In this document: positions 1 to 10,910 of the stretch, piece after piece
Position numbering within the stretch: position 1 is the first letter of the stretch
How the letters are laid out: the number at the start of each line of letters is the position of its first letter
From: Lingula anatina
Lineage: Eukaryota; Animalia; Brachiopoda
DNA: 64,000 nt
Assembly (NCBI GenBank): GCA_051362555.1
Contig: CM120642.1
Coordinates: forward strand, 16,182,001 to 16,246,000
Direction of reading: 5' to 3'
Made by a program: the position numbers and the translations under genes
Notes under the pieces: generated by a model
The model's input: only the letters and a program-made list of their open reading frames with translations
The model's database searches: none
Told to the model about the DNA's origin: nothing

Positions 1-113
1 CTGTAAGGGGGTAATTAACTATAGTGCACGCTCGGCTGACAGCAATTTAGCATGAACCCCTAGGTAGTTAGGTCCATCCAGATGGATCGATCTAAATCTG
101 TGGGAATGCAGTC
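1..113. mobile_element. Partial Harbinger/Tourist-like MITE
   Basis: Reverse-complement match to the copies at 22680 and 33712. Confidence 0.75.
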
Positions 114-881
114 TTAATCTCTAGCAGGATAGTGACTTCCAAGTATAATGGTGTCACTATTACAAGACAAGGTCTCATTAGCCTCATGGATGGTTATAGA
201 CTCTCAAGGCATTCTGGTCGCTTAACTTTTGAGTTATATTTTTATTTACAGAGAGCTTTTGGGTATAATGAAACATATTACTTGAAAGTAATGCAAATAG
301 CACGGTGTATGACTTGAAAGTGAATTATGACTTGAGCAAAAATGTTCATTAGCTTGGTAGTTGGATCATACATGAGAAATATCGAACACAAGCCGAAATA
401 TTTTCATACTGTTAGCTTATGGCCGACCTGGTCAAAGGCCTTCATCAGACATTAGGGGGAGTTTCATATTATGCCCTTGTATTAAATTTGACAAAGTACA
501 AGGGCGTAATATGAAACTCCCCCTTCTGTGCAGCACATGACTATGTTAAATGTCAGGAGGACAGATGGAGGTTTAAGATTCATTTAGAACATAGTTACCT
601 TTGTCAAGGAATTTATGTTTTTGGTTCTGTCTTTTTATCTGCATGTTAGCAACGTAAATGTTACAGACATATTTTCATTCTCCTTTTAAAAACTATCAAA
701 GGTGCTTTAAGTAACAAAAGATTAGATTTTGGAGGTGCTCAGGACTATCAATTGTTATATTGTGTATTGCAAATATGAGGAAATTGGCAGATATTTTTAC
801 TTTGTTTAATTAAAAATGGTACAAAATAATCCAAGTGCAGGGACAGGACATGCAGTGATTTTTGAAAAAAAACATTACCTT

Positions 882-3800
882 TTAACATAAAAAAGGGATG
901 TGAATTAAATTGCTCTGCAACAGCTGATTAGCCGCAGCCTCAATCTGAGGTATCCATAGCAACAGGCGACCAAGACGCATTGACCTTTGAGGGTGCTTGA
1001 TCTCGATGACCTCCTGAAGTATCTGAACAAACTGATCTTGTAAGGCTTGTCTCTCTTCTTCTGCCTCTTCGCCTTCAGCTGGAAAATAAAAAGCAGATTA
1101 TAGGTTATCTACATGTCACAAGTGTTTTCCTGTGATCATGATTAAGGGCCAGGAAAAGAAAGCTGTGAATTACGTTACCTGTTAATAATGGTGGAAGAGT
1201 CATAGACAAATATCAAGGATGCAAAAAATTTCTCATCAAATAAACAAATAACCATTGTAGCGATTTGGGGTGAGTGCAGAAAAATCACCGACCAGACCAG
1301 GAATCGAACCCGGGACCCCTCGCTTACAGGGCGAGTGCTCTTACCTACTGAGCTACCCGGCTGGTTCTACCTGCCCCTGGCACTACACTCCTCCCCCCAA
1401 ATGCCGAAAGACGCAAACCCTATCTCGCACAACCGCTGCCACCATTGTATTTATTGACTGATTATTTAATCAAATAATTAATAAAATGTTAAAATCGAAT
1501 GAATATTTTGCAAATTCTGGGAATGATAATGATATCAAACTTTACAGAAATTACACCAAAAGCAAATTCTCCTGTCATTTCTTGAAAAATAACTTTAAAA
1601 CCCTTTTTCTTAGGCAAATTACTCATCCCAAATGCCTTTCAATCAAACAATGCTTAATAAATGCAGATATCACCTAAAATAATCTTTACAGTATTCATTT
1701 CAGAATATGAATTGGACTACTAGTTCATGAACTCGAATCCCTTCAAATCATGACATATTATGATGTACTGGTAGATTCAAAACTGGAAGCCATAATTTGT
1801 TAAAATCTATGCTGATAATTAAGAGCTAAGTTTGGAACACGCTGTACAGAGAAAGATGGAGAAACAAATTGCTTTTTGTATATTGATCTTATTCCTCTTA
1901 ATGAAGTCAGCTTTCAAAGCAATTCCAACCACAATGCAGGGCTTAGGGATGAAAGGAGTAAAGATTTGTTTGCTGCGCTTACCTAGATTGAGCAGAAGAA
2001 CCAGTTTTAGGCAGACATATTCCTCAAGGGTTGGCGCCAGCTTACAAAGGGCCTGCATCACCTGCGCGACACGGTCCACTGTGTCTCCGGCCTCGGCACG
2101 AATCTCACTCTGGGTAACTGTTCGCAGAAAGGCACAGCTCAGCATCTGCTGAATTTTGTGCATGCAAACCTCATGTAGATGGCGCTGATGATTGGATGAT
2201 GAGTTTCCCTGATGTAAAACAACAGCCTCACATCCACTTGAGTTGGACTTCCCATCTTTGCCACCACCACTGTTGCTACTGTCTAGTTTCCAACAATGGT
2301 GGGCACAGAGAGAGAGCAACAGGACGTGATGCCATTTCTCCTTAGTCAGATTCACCAGTGCTTGCTTCTGGAACTGCAGTTTGTTAAACCAACACATCAG
2401 GTTGTTCTGGTACTCTTTGCTGCGATCATTCAGCATGATCTGGCCCGAGTCTCCAGGTGCAAGGTTGGAACAGTAAATGGACATGAGCTCGCCATGATTG
2501 TCTATGTTGACTAATAACTGAAGCATGTGAAATGCTGACAAGATTGGGTTGACAAGGAGAGTGTTGGGACTCTGTACAGTCAACCAGCGTGCATCTTGAC
2601 TGGATGACTGGGCTACAGCACCTTCGCTCGGCACCTTGCGAGTGGCTGGGGGTAGTGCTGGGACGAGGAATCCATTATGCTTGGAAAGAGTAGATAGTTG
2701 CTGGACGGATGATTGGTATCGCTTCGCAACTTTTGTTTCTTTTTTCTTTGTCTTTCTTTTTATCTGATTTAAAATTAAGATCAAGAGATCACTGATACAA
2801 TGGTCCTGTATGAGCTGAGGCTTGTTTTAAAAAAACATATTTTTTTCAAGACTGGAAGACTCATTGGTTTACTATCTCAAACTTCTATCTTTCATCTTAC
2901 TTGCAATAAACTTGCATTTAAACCACCATTAAATATAACCATGATTAAATAATAATTACTTCAAGCCCCTTATCAATTTAGCTACTCGCATGATTTCACA
3001 CACACGCACTCACACACATGCACACATCATGACTGTATTTCAGGCACGTTACCTTATAAAGATCATACACTGGTCCTGTTGTTCTGCCGCCTGGCATCCT
3101 GTCCTCACGAACAGCTACATCAAAAAATTTTCTTTAATGATTAATAGATTCAATTATGATTGCAGCATATCCTGGCCCTTATGTGAGAAACTAAAAGGTC
3201 ACAGGAAATTTGCATGTCTTTGCTAGGAAAAATATCTGTAAGAAATGGCTATCAAAATTATCAAGTCATAAAAAAGCACTGTTGTTTTCAGATCTTCAAA
3301 TTTTGACTTTAAAATTAGTTTAAAATGAAAAATATCATCTAGCCTTTTTTTCAATCCTTGGAACCTCTGTAGAGATCCCCATTGTACCTTTATGTTAGGG
3401 TTATAAACATTATCCATTAGTTATTTTTTGTAAAATGGCCCAAATATTCTCAACACAGTAGACCACTAAATAAATTAATCTTCGCTCAATTAAGCTATCT
3501 AAATAGTAGAAAAATTTTATCCATCATATTTACAGGTAGAACTCTCTGTGTTTAAAGCCAATTTTGTCATACTTTACATTAAATAGCTGGGGTTTGCTAC
3601 CTAAAAGAGTAATGAATGTTTAACCAAGGGTATTTTAAAAGTAAGCTGAGACTGTACACATACAAAAACTACCAATATGAGTAAATATTAAAAAAAAACA
3701 ACATATCTTAACATTGCCTCATCTAATTTATTCCACATTTTCAGAAAGGTTGCTTGAATAAAGTGAATTTCAGCTACTGATTGTGTAAAATCAATTATTT

Positions 3801-6357
3801 TCAATGATATTTAAAGTTCACTATCTAATGATTAATTTTCTATTGTTATCTTACCTGCTACAACCATTCCCTGCTGAAGACATTTCTTAAAGCGACAATA
3901 CTGGCATTTATTTCTCTCCAGTTTATTAACATCACAGTGGCCTTGGCTTATACAATAGTAGATGCGACGATTTTGGACTGTGCGTTTGAAAAACCCTTTA
4001 CACCTGAAAACAAGTACAAATAGAGTATGACAGTGGTGATACGGCCAACAAGCAAGATTAGCCTCATTCATGTTAAATGGTAGCTAAGGACGTATCTGTT
4101 TTAGTTGTAGAGAAAAGCATGTGGTACTTAAAGGGATAATAACTCTTCGTATTGGCCAAAAAATGAATTTTCCTGGAATAAACAACAATTTTCCCATACT
4201 TACCAATGGTTAATGAATCCATTTTTACATTCAAAGTTAGTCCCTGTTTTTTTTCTAAAAAGTTTGGTTTTTTGTTAAAATCTCTTAAGAGATTATAACA
4301 CAGTATAGCCATCAATGGAGGTCACGTGGTCTGAAGACAAGCTCAGATATCAGAATAATGGCTATTACTGCTGTTTTTGTCGTAAAACAGAATATATTAT
4401 ATTTCTACGAGTTATTCACAATGTTTTTATTGTGAAATATAGACCTCACACGAAGGGTTATTATCCCTTTAAAAACCCAATGACTAGATACCTTTACCCT
4501 CTACCAGGGCCACAGATAAATTTTCACTCGATATTCACAGATACCACATGTCTCTGGCTAATTAATGACACATTTCATTACTCTCAGAAGAGAAAATTGC
4601 CATAAATTATCCAGAGACATATTTTATATACGTTTGTGACTATTGGTGGCCCTGGAAGAGGGCAAGGAATGTTCACAATTCCATGGTTACAGTTGTCAAG
4701 AAGAGAAACTGGATGCTCTGGAAAGTGCAATTTCGTTCTAAAGTTGTCAAATCAAAATCTAAAGAAGCGAAACTGAATGCTCTGGAAAGTGCAATTTTGT
4801 TCAAACATTGTCAAATCAAAACCTAAAGAAGAGAAACTGAATGGTCTGGAAAGTGCAATTTTGTTCTAAAATTGTCAAATCAAAAACTAAAATGTTTAAA
4901 AACTATACACTGCATCACTATGATATCTATTTCAATTCATTTATGGAACCACTAAATGAAACAAAACTAACAAACTTTAATATATGCTCATAACAATAAG
5001 AACATTTTAGAAGAAGTCTCCTTTCTCATTTCAATAAACTTTATTTTTACTGTCTCTGAACTTATTATCTACGGAAATAAAAAAGAAAATAGTTGAAGAT
5101 CACTGGCATCTTTAGTACATACCCTTCACAAGTAATAATCCCATAATGTAAACCAGACCCACGATCTCCGCAGATCCCACATACAGAACGATCCTCGACG
5201 CAGCCGGTTTTCGAAGTGGCTATTTTTGCAGCCCCTGGGCTTCCATTCTCGGAATCACCTGCTGAATCGCACTGCTGGTGACAATAAGCCATGCTTTCCA
5301 CATCAGTTTTCGAGAAAGGTGATGACGTTTGACTGTTTCCTTGACCCTTATTGTCCTCATCCCTTTCTGGTCTGCCACTGACAGGTGCCTCCCCAAACTG
5401 AGGGACACTGAAGCCACCTGATCGATGCTCTATAGAGGACTCAACTCTGGGTCTCTTCTCAAAGCCCCAGGTTGCACTTGGCCCAGGCATTTTTCTTAAT
5501 GTTTCCGCAGTGACTGTCATGTTAGGAAAACACTGCATGGCGATCATCTGGTTGTAAAACAACGGTGCCATCACCATGGAAGGGCTGAATCCATAACATG
5601 GCAGTGAGTTATTCAATGAAGCAAAGTCAGGGTTGATCGATGGAATTTTACGATAATCCCCTAGGGCATGGCTGACTAGAGGCTTGTTGTTCTCCACATT
5701 AGGATAGCGACTTGAATTAGAGGTGCTGCAGTGCGCACTGTGTGACCTTTCCTGAAGTAGTGGTCTGGGCAATGGTTCCCAATCTTCTCCTTGGGCCATG
5801 TTCTCAGTTGCATTTCTTCTTGTTGCATTCCAGGCTTCACACATATCATTACGATCCCTTTCTGTGGACACTGCAGACTGTAAATGCAAATCTGCTTTCG
5901 GTGGGACACCACCATCAGAAGACAACAGATCTTTGTTATCTGATATTGATGAGTCCAGACAAAGGTCAGAGTTCATGGGCTCGCCAGCTGGACTACCATC
6001 GTCTTCAGTGGACGTCCCTTCGTAGCCACTGTCTGTGGAGACACCATCTCCAATGTCACTTACAGGAGATCTGGCACGCTCCACAAAACGCAGTCCTGGG
6101 AATAAATCTGTAATTTTTCTCTTCTTCAGTTTGAAGTCACGGAACAAATGCATGTCCTGGTCCTGTTGAGTGTCCTGATCCTGCTGGAGCTCCTGCTCTC
6201 GTGGAGTGTCCTGTTTCTGCGGTGTGTCCTGTTCTCGTTGGTTGTCCCTCTGTGTGTCCAGATCCCGCTGGCTCTCCTGGTCCTGCTGCCTGTCCCGGTC
6301 CTGCTGGCTGTCCCGGTCCAGCCGGGTTGTGGGCTCTGTGAAATATGACAACTCCAT
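882..6357 (-). CDS. Nuclear receptor, HR4/NR6A (GCNF family)-like. Coding exons 6357-5123, 4003-3855, 3114-3053, 2763-1983, 1078-882
   Basis: GT-AG introns with consistent phases. The DBD reads [20 protein letters not shown]|[17 protein letters not shown]...[14 protein letters not shown], followed by [21 protein letters not shown], which is HR4-like. The LBD contains [13 protein letters not shown] and ends [13 protein letters not shown]. The start is ACCATGG at 6357 with an in-frame TAA upstream. An acceptor at 6482-6483 implies upstream UTR exons. Confidence 0.9.
1256..1444 (-). mobile_element. TRIM (Helenus-like) remnant: PBS, short internal region, PPT and a 132-bp LTR containing a tRNA-like sequence
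   Basis: Minus strand: PBS TGGTGGCAGCGGT (1444-1432, complementary to a tRNA-Leu 3' end) and PPT GGGGGGAGGAG. The LTR runs TGTAG...CTACA (1387-1256) and contains an A box (TAGCTCAGTAGG), a B box (GGTTCGATTCC) and a cloverleaf. Confidence 0.8.
4132..4468. mobile_element. Kolobok/T2-type MITE, copy 1
   Basis: TIR AGGGATAATAACTCTTCG with a TTAA TSD. Confidence 0.85.
4495..4664. mobile_element. Small MITE (TIR TACCCTCTACCAGGG)
   Basis: Inverted ends. A second family member lies at 23384-23507. Confidence 0.6.
4698..4890. repeat. Three tandem repeats of about 64 bp
   Basis: AAGAAGAGAAACTG..TGCTCTGGAAAGTGCAATTT..TTGTCAAATCAAAA repeated three times. Confidence 0.85.
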
Positions 6358-8145
6358 GGTAGTTTGCCTGTGACCCTGAAGGCTCAATTTTTACAATGTC
6401 CACTGTCACAGACACCAGCTCAGCAGAAAATGCTTTGATCTAGCAGCAGGCTATGCTTGAATTGGTGTTTCCTACTTTGATCTAAAAAAAAAAAATTGTC
6501 ATTTTTTTTTTTATTTTATTTTTTTTTTTTTGGGGGGGGGGGGCAGAGGGTACAAAAACACCCTTTTCAAATCAAAACTGTGTCTAGGTTCTTGGTCCTA
6601 GGTAAGGGTATGTGTTAAAAAAAAAAAAAACAACTTTTTTTGGAAAAAGAACCTATCCTTAAAATTGTTAAATATACAGGCCTGTTAACAGATAGTAAGG
6701 AAAGTAAGGATTTATTTTTCACCCTTGTCCCCCCAACCACACAAAACTCTGGATTGGACAATGTGATGATAATGCCAACTACAGCATTAGTTGTCGAATT
6801 TTCTATTATCCCAAACATGAATTACAATGACGGTAATTACACCATCTCTTCATTAGATACACAATTTCATAATCAAAAAAAATTATATTTGTGGTGCCTT
6901 TTCCTGCACAGAAAAGAACTATGAAGTAGCCTGCTTTTTAATTTTGGTGCTATCTCTCAATAGGAATGTTCTAATTAAAAAAAAATATGACTTAAAAATG
7001 CTGTATAAGTAAAATTCTCAATTTTTCCCCATTCAGTAATTACCGTAAGAGCTATTGGCTCTGTGTTACTAGTAAAGATCTATATATAAAATACCACTGA
7101 TGATGTAAGGGAACAGCTGGAACACTTTTGTCATTTGTTATGGGTTGGGTGTGAAAGTCCGTGGAGCAAAGTGAAGTAAAAACTGGAAATGTATGCTGGT
7201 GTTAATGACTTCCTATCCAAAATTTTTCAGCCAACTCTATCTTCTCCGAAAAAATAAGTAATTAAGAATGCCATGTATTCCTGTACATAATACAGTATGT
7301 TCTTGTACATCTCAGATGTCAGACATTTACATCAGGTACTTTATTTGACTGATTTTATCATTCTATTATGTTTGAATTTTGAAAGATAAGTATCTTTGGA
7401 GAGTATGAAGACGAAGAACATATGACTTTGGGATATTTTCATATGCAAATACCTGTAGTATACTCTTCAGTAATAGGCCATTTTGTTGATAATAAAAATC
7501 TAAAAGAAGATTATGTATGAAAAAAGATATGTGTTGTCCTAAAATACATCTTAGCAAACAAAGAGTAAACAGTCCCAAACTCACTATTATACAACAATGT
7601 ATATGGCACCTTAAAAATCCAGCATGCAGGCCTCAATACCCAGGGCACTAGCACACCTGGTGGCACCCAGATGAACTACAAGTCCATTCTAACCTGCTTT
7701 TGGATAGCAAATCAGATATCTTCTTGCATACAACAACTTGAAATTTAAAACACAGCCAACTTCTCACATGCTCACTATAACACATACACACACATATACA
7801 GACAGACACACACACAGTAATTTTGAGTAAAATAATAAAATTAAACATAATATACGTAATTAATAAATTTCTGAGGTTCACTGCTGTGTTTAGTACATAA
7901 GCAGATTTTGACCCGAGGCTGAAAGTTGAAATTATAAAATAGATGTGTACAGCAGCCCCAAAGGCAAATATTAATACCTCGGGGACATCTCGATAGTCCA
8001 AAGATTCAGTGGTCCGAAGGTTCATTGGTCCACAACATTGTAACATTTTCATCAGTTTTAATATCAAGGGTTCGTTGGTCTGAAGGTTCTATAGTGAATA
8101 TTTGGACCAATAAACCGTCGAACTACATGTATTGCTACGGCCACA

Positions 8146-8797
8146 TTACCTCCACCATTCTTCATTACTGTTTGTTTGTTTGTCTATCAGCAGCTTTATG
8201 CAAAAAGTAATAAAGGGATTTTGGTGAAATTAACAGGATAGGTCATAAATGTGTCAAGGAAGAAATGATGAGATTTTGGTGATGATCCTTAAATTAATCA
8301 ATGGTTAAGTGTGAATTAATTAAATAATTAATGGTTAGGTAATTAATTGATTGATTGATTAATTAAGGGGGGGGAAGTGCCCAAACAGGGCTAAAAATCA
8401 CATTTTTATAGATAAAATCAACAGTCTTTTAAAAAATCCCTGAACCCCATTTAGAGTAGTTTGTTCATTTGTTATAATACCATCAAAAGCATGTTTATAG
8501 CTTTCCAGGTGCCTGAGAAAATCAGGGAACCAAAATGATGTTTTTGCCCCAAAAATCCTAATATTACATCACATGATGAACTTGGAGCTATGTTTCAAGC
8601 ATAATTGGATATTTTGAAGATACACTTAATGAATGCAACAGGAATAAAAAATTAAAGACCTTTAATTTAAGATAAAATCTCCAACCTGCAGTCCACAATT
8701 AAAAATTAATGGTTAAGTGATTTATTGATTGATTAATTGTTAATTTTAGTTGTCTTTTTCCCGGCAGAGGTCTGTGCTTTCTAAGTGCTCTTGTTAG
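8146..8797. mobile_element. Helentron-associated (HINE-like) element
   Basis: Starts TTACCTCC, followed by (TGTT)n, and ends GGCAGAGGTCTGTGCTTTCTAAGTGCTCTTGTT (subterminal inverted repeat plus a short hairpin). Confidence 0.55.
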
Positions 8798-8824
8798 TGT
8801 TTAAAACTATATACATACATTATA

Positions 8825-8864
8825 CATATAATGATACATTATTAGCAGCCTTTGGATTTGCAAC

Positions 8865-8948
<84 letters not shown>

Positions 8949-9655
8949 ACAAAAAATGAACAAGGTTAAACTGTTCTCTCCATTATAATTTACATAAGTC
9001 CCTACAGCTGTTTCGGCCCGGAAGCCTTGTCAGGGGCGCAAACAGAACAAAATACAAAAAAAAGACTGATTAAAAATGGTCAATGTGAAACGTCGCTCAA
9101 AATATACGTTAGCGCTACATCGCGCGTACAGGTAACAAAGGAATGCGGTTACATTACATAATAAAAGAATGTGATTATATAAGCAACTTTTCAAAATTAG
9201 TGCATATAATCAATGTTTTTCAGCAACTATTTTCTGGAGTGTCGGCATTTACTGACGAGTTCATTTTTAGAGTTCAGCGTTTTCTGTCTTTCCGCAGTAA
9301 TGATGTAAAACTTTTCCCACAGGCAGAGCTGACACCATTTGGTTATGTTTGAAAATGGTCGTGCTTTCCTTAGTATTGACCACTTCAGTCCATAGTTGAT
9401 TTTTTGTCCTTAAAAGTCCAAATATAGTTGCTCAATGAGGTATGGTGTCATTTGGATAAGCAGCCGAAACAGCTGTAGGGACTTATGTAAATTATAATGG
9501 AGAGAAACTTGTTCGTTTTTTGTCTTTCTATACTAGCTCCCCATGGTCCGTCACCATGGGTAGAGCACTTTTCCATAGTGTATCAACTATATTCTCCGTG
9601 ATATATATTATATACGTTGTAAATCCAAAGGCTGCTAATAATGTATCATTATACC
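8825..9655 (-). mobile_element. 5'-truncated Penelope-like element with inverted pLTR copy
   Basis: Minus-strand 9450-9225 encodes a frameshifted GIY-YIG C-terminus (SLSNYIW..KD...LKWSILRKARPFSN..KWCQLCLWEKFYII...LNSKNELVSKCRH). 8825-9015 and 9462-9655 are inverted copies of each other. A hammerhead-like motif lies at 9000-9036. Confidence 0.8.
8865..8945. repeat. (GT)n(TA)n microsatellite. Others: (AAAT)n about 9890-9926, (GT)/(GA)n about 26295-26370, (AC)n about 29120-29160, (AAT)n about 32264-32296, (TA)n about 34326-34381 and 52237-52286, (TTAA)n about 53847-53882
   Basis: Read directly from the sequence. Confidence 0.95.
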
Positions 9656-9889
9656 ATACAAATCTGGTTGCCAATCAGATTCATCCCTTATCGTAAAGCC
9701 CTAACAACTGTAGCAGTCTAAATATGATCAATAAAATGAGACTATCAAGACTGTTTACTCAACTGCTAGAACATTGCTTTGCCTGCAGTAACATATATCA
9801 TTTGCTAATAAATACTTATGTTCATGGTTTAAATTTTTCTCTCAGAAATCATAGCTTCTTAGATCATTCTGAAAAATACACACATATAT

Positions 9890-9925
<36 letters not shown>

Positions 9926-10022
9926 ATATGGATTCAAATATTTTGAAAAGATAAATGCATAAAAAGACTCAAAATATGAGTTTCCTTTAGACTGCTAACC
10001 TTGGACAGGTGACTACCTTATG

Positions 10023-10174
10023 CAGGGGCGGATTTAGGCCGTCTTCTGGGTCTTCCGCAAGACGGATTTTCAAGTGTACATTGACGGGTATCTATTTTTT
10101 TCTGTCGGAAGAAAGGTTGAAACAACAAAGATAATTTGGAAGACTGTCAGAAAATATCTCTGGATCTGCCCCTG
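10023..10174. mobile_element. MITE with CAGG termini and 5-bp TSD (TTATG)
   Basis: CAGGGGCGGAT...GATCTGCCCCTG flanked by TTATG. Confidence 0.75.
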
Positions 10175-10663
10175 TTATGTGTTAGTCTACTGCTAATCAC
10201 ATATCATGAAAAATACATGTAAGACCTGTAACCAGAATTTTAGTTTTTTTTTTTTTTTTTTTAAGACAGAGAGGGAAGACTGTAGGGCCTACACATACCA
10301 TAATATGACAGTGGTGAAAATTCACATTTTAATCTTTTTCTGGCTGTGAGAACTATATGAGATAAATGCTTTCATTAAAATCATTTGATTTTGGAGATTA
10401 GTATTATTTCTTTGAGTTAAAACAATGGCTTCACTCCTTATCTACACTGTGTAATTGTCATGCCTACCAATGTTACTGGTTAATACTGCTTCTTGTGACA
10501 ATTAAATTAAATCCAACTAAAATTATTTCAGTAGAGGTTCAATGTACCAGTGCATGCAATAAATATAATTAACAAAACAATTGGTGCATTACCATGGAAT
10601 TTAATAGTGTAGCTCGTTTCTAGGTCTATCAGCTAAAGGAAATAAATTACCGTTACCTGGAAC

Positions 10664-10910
10664 ACAGAGATGCCAACCTCCGGAAAACTAAAATCTGGAG
10701 AGATTCTAAAATTTTGCTCAAATTTGCCCCAAAATGAATTAGGAGAGAATTATTACGTTTACAAAAGCTCACCCCACTATTCTGGGGGACAATTTGTGTA
10801 TTTGAGACAGGACGCTTTTATCAGGGAGATTTGGTTACTCGTACGGGAGACCGGGAGGTTCGTTCTCTATCCGGGAGACTCCCGGATTATCCGAGAGAGA
10901 GTTAACACGT
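10664..10910. mobile_element. Degenerate hAT-like MITE
   Basis: CAGAGATGCCAAC start and repeated CCGGGAG motifs. Confidence 0.4.

Noticed and set aside
1290-1365. Functional tRNA-Thr(TGT) gene
   Set aside because: It has C at position 33 and a weak acceptor stem, and it is embedded in an LTR with PBS and PPT.
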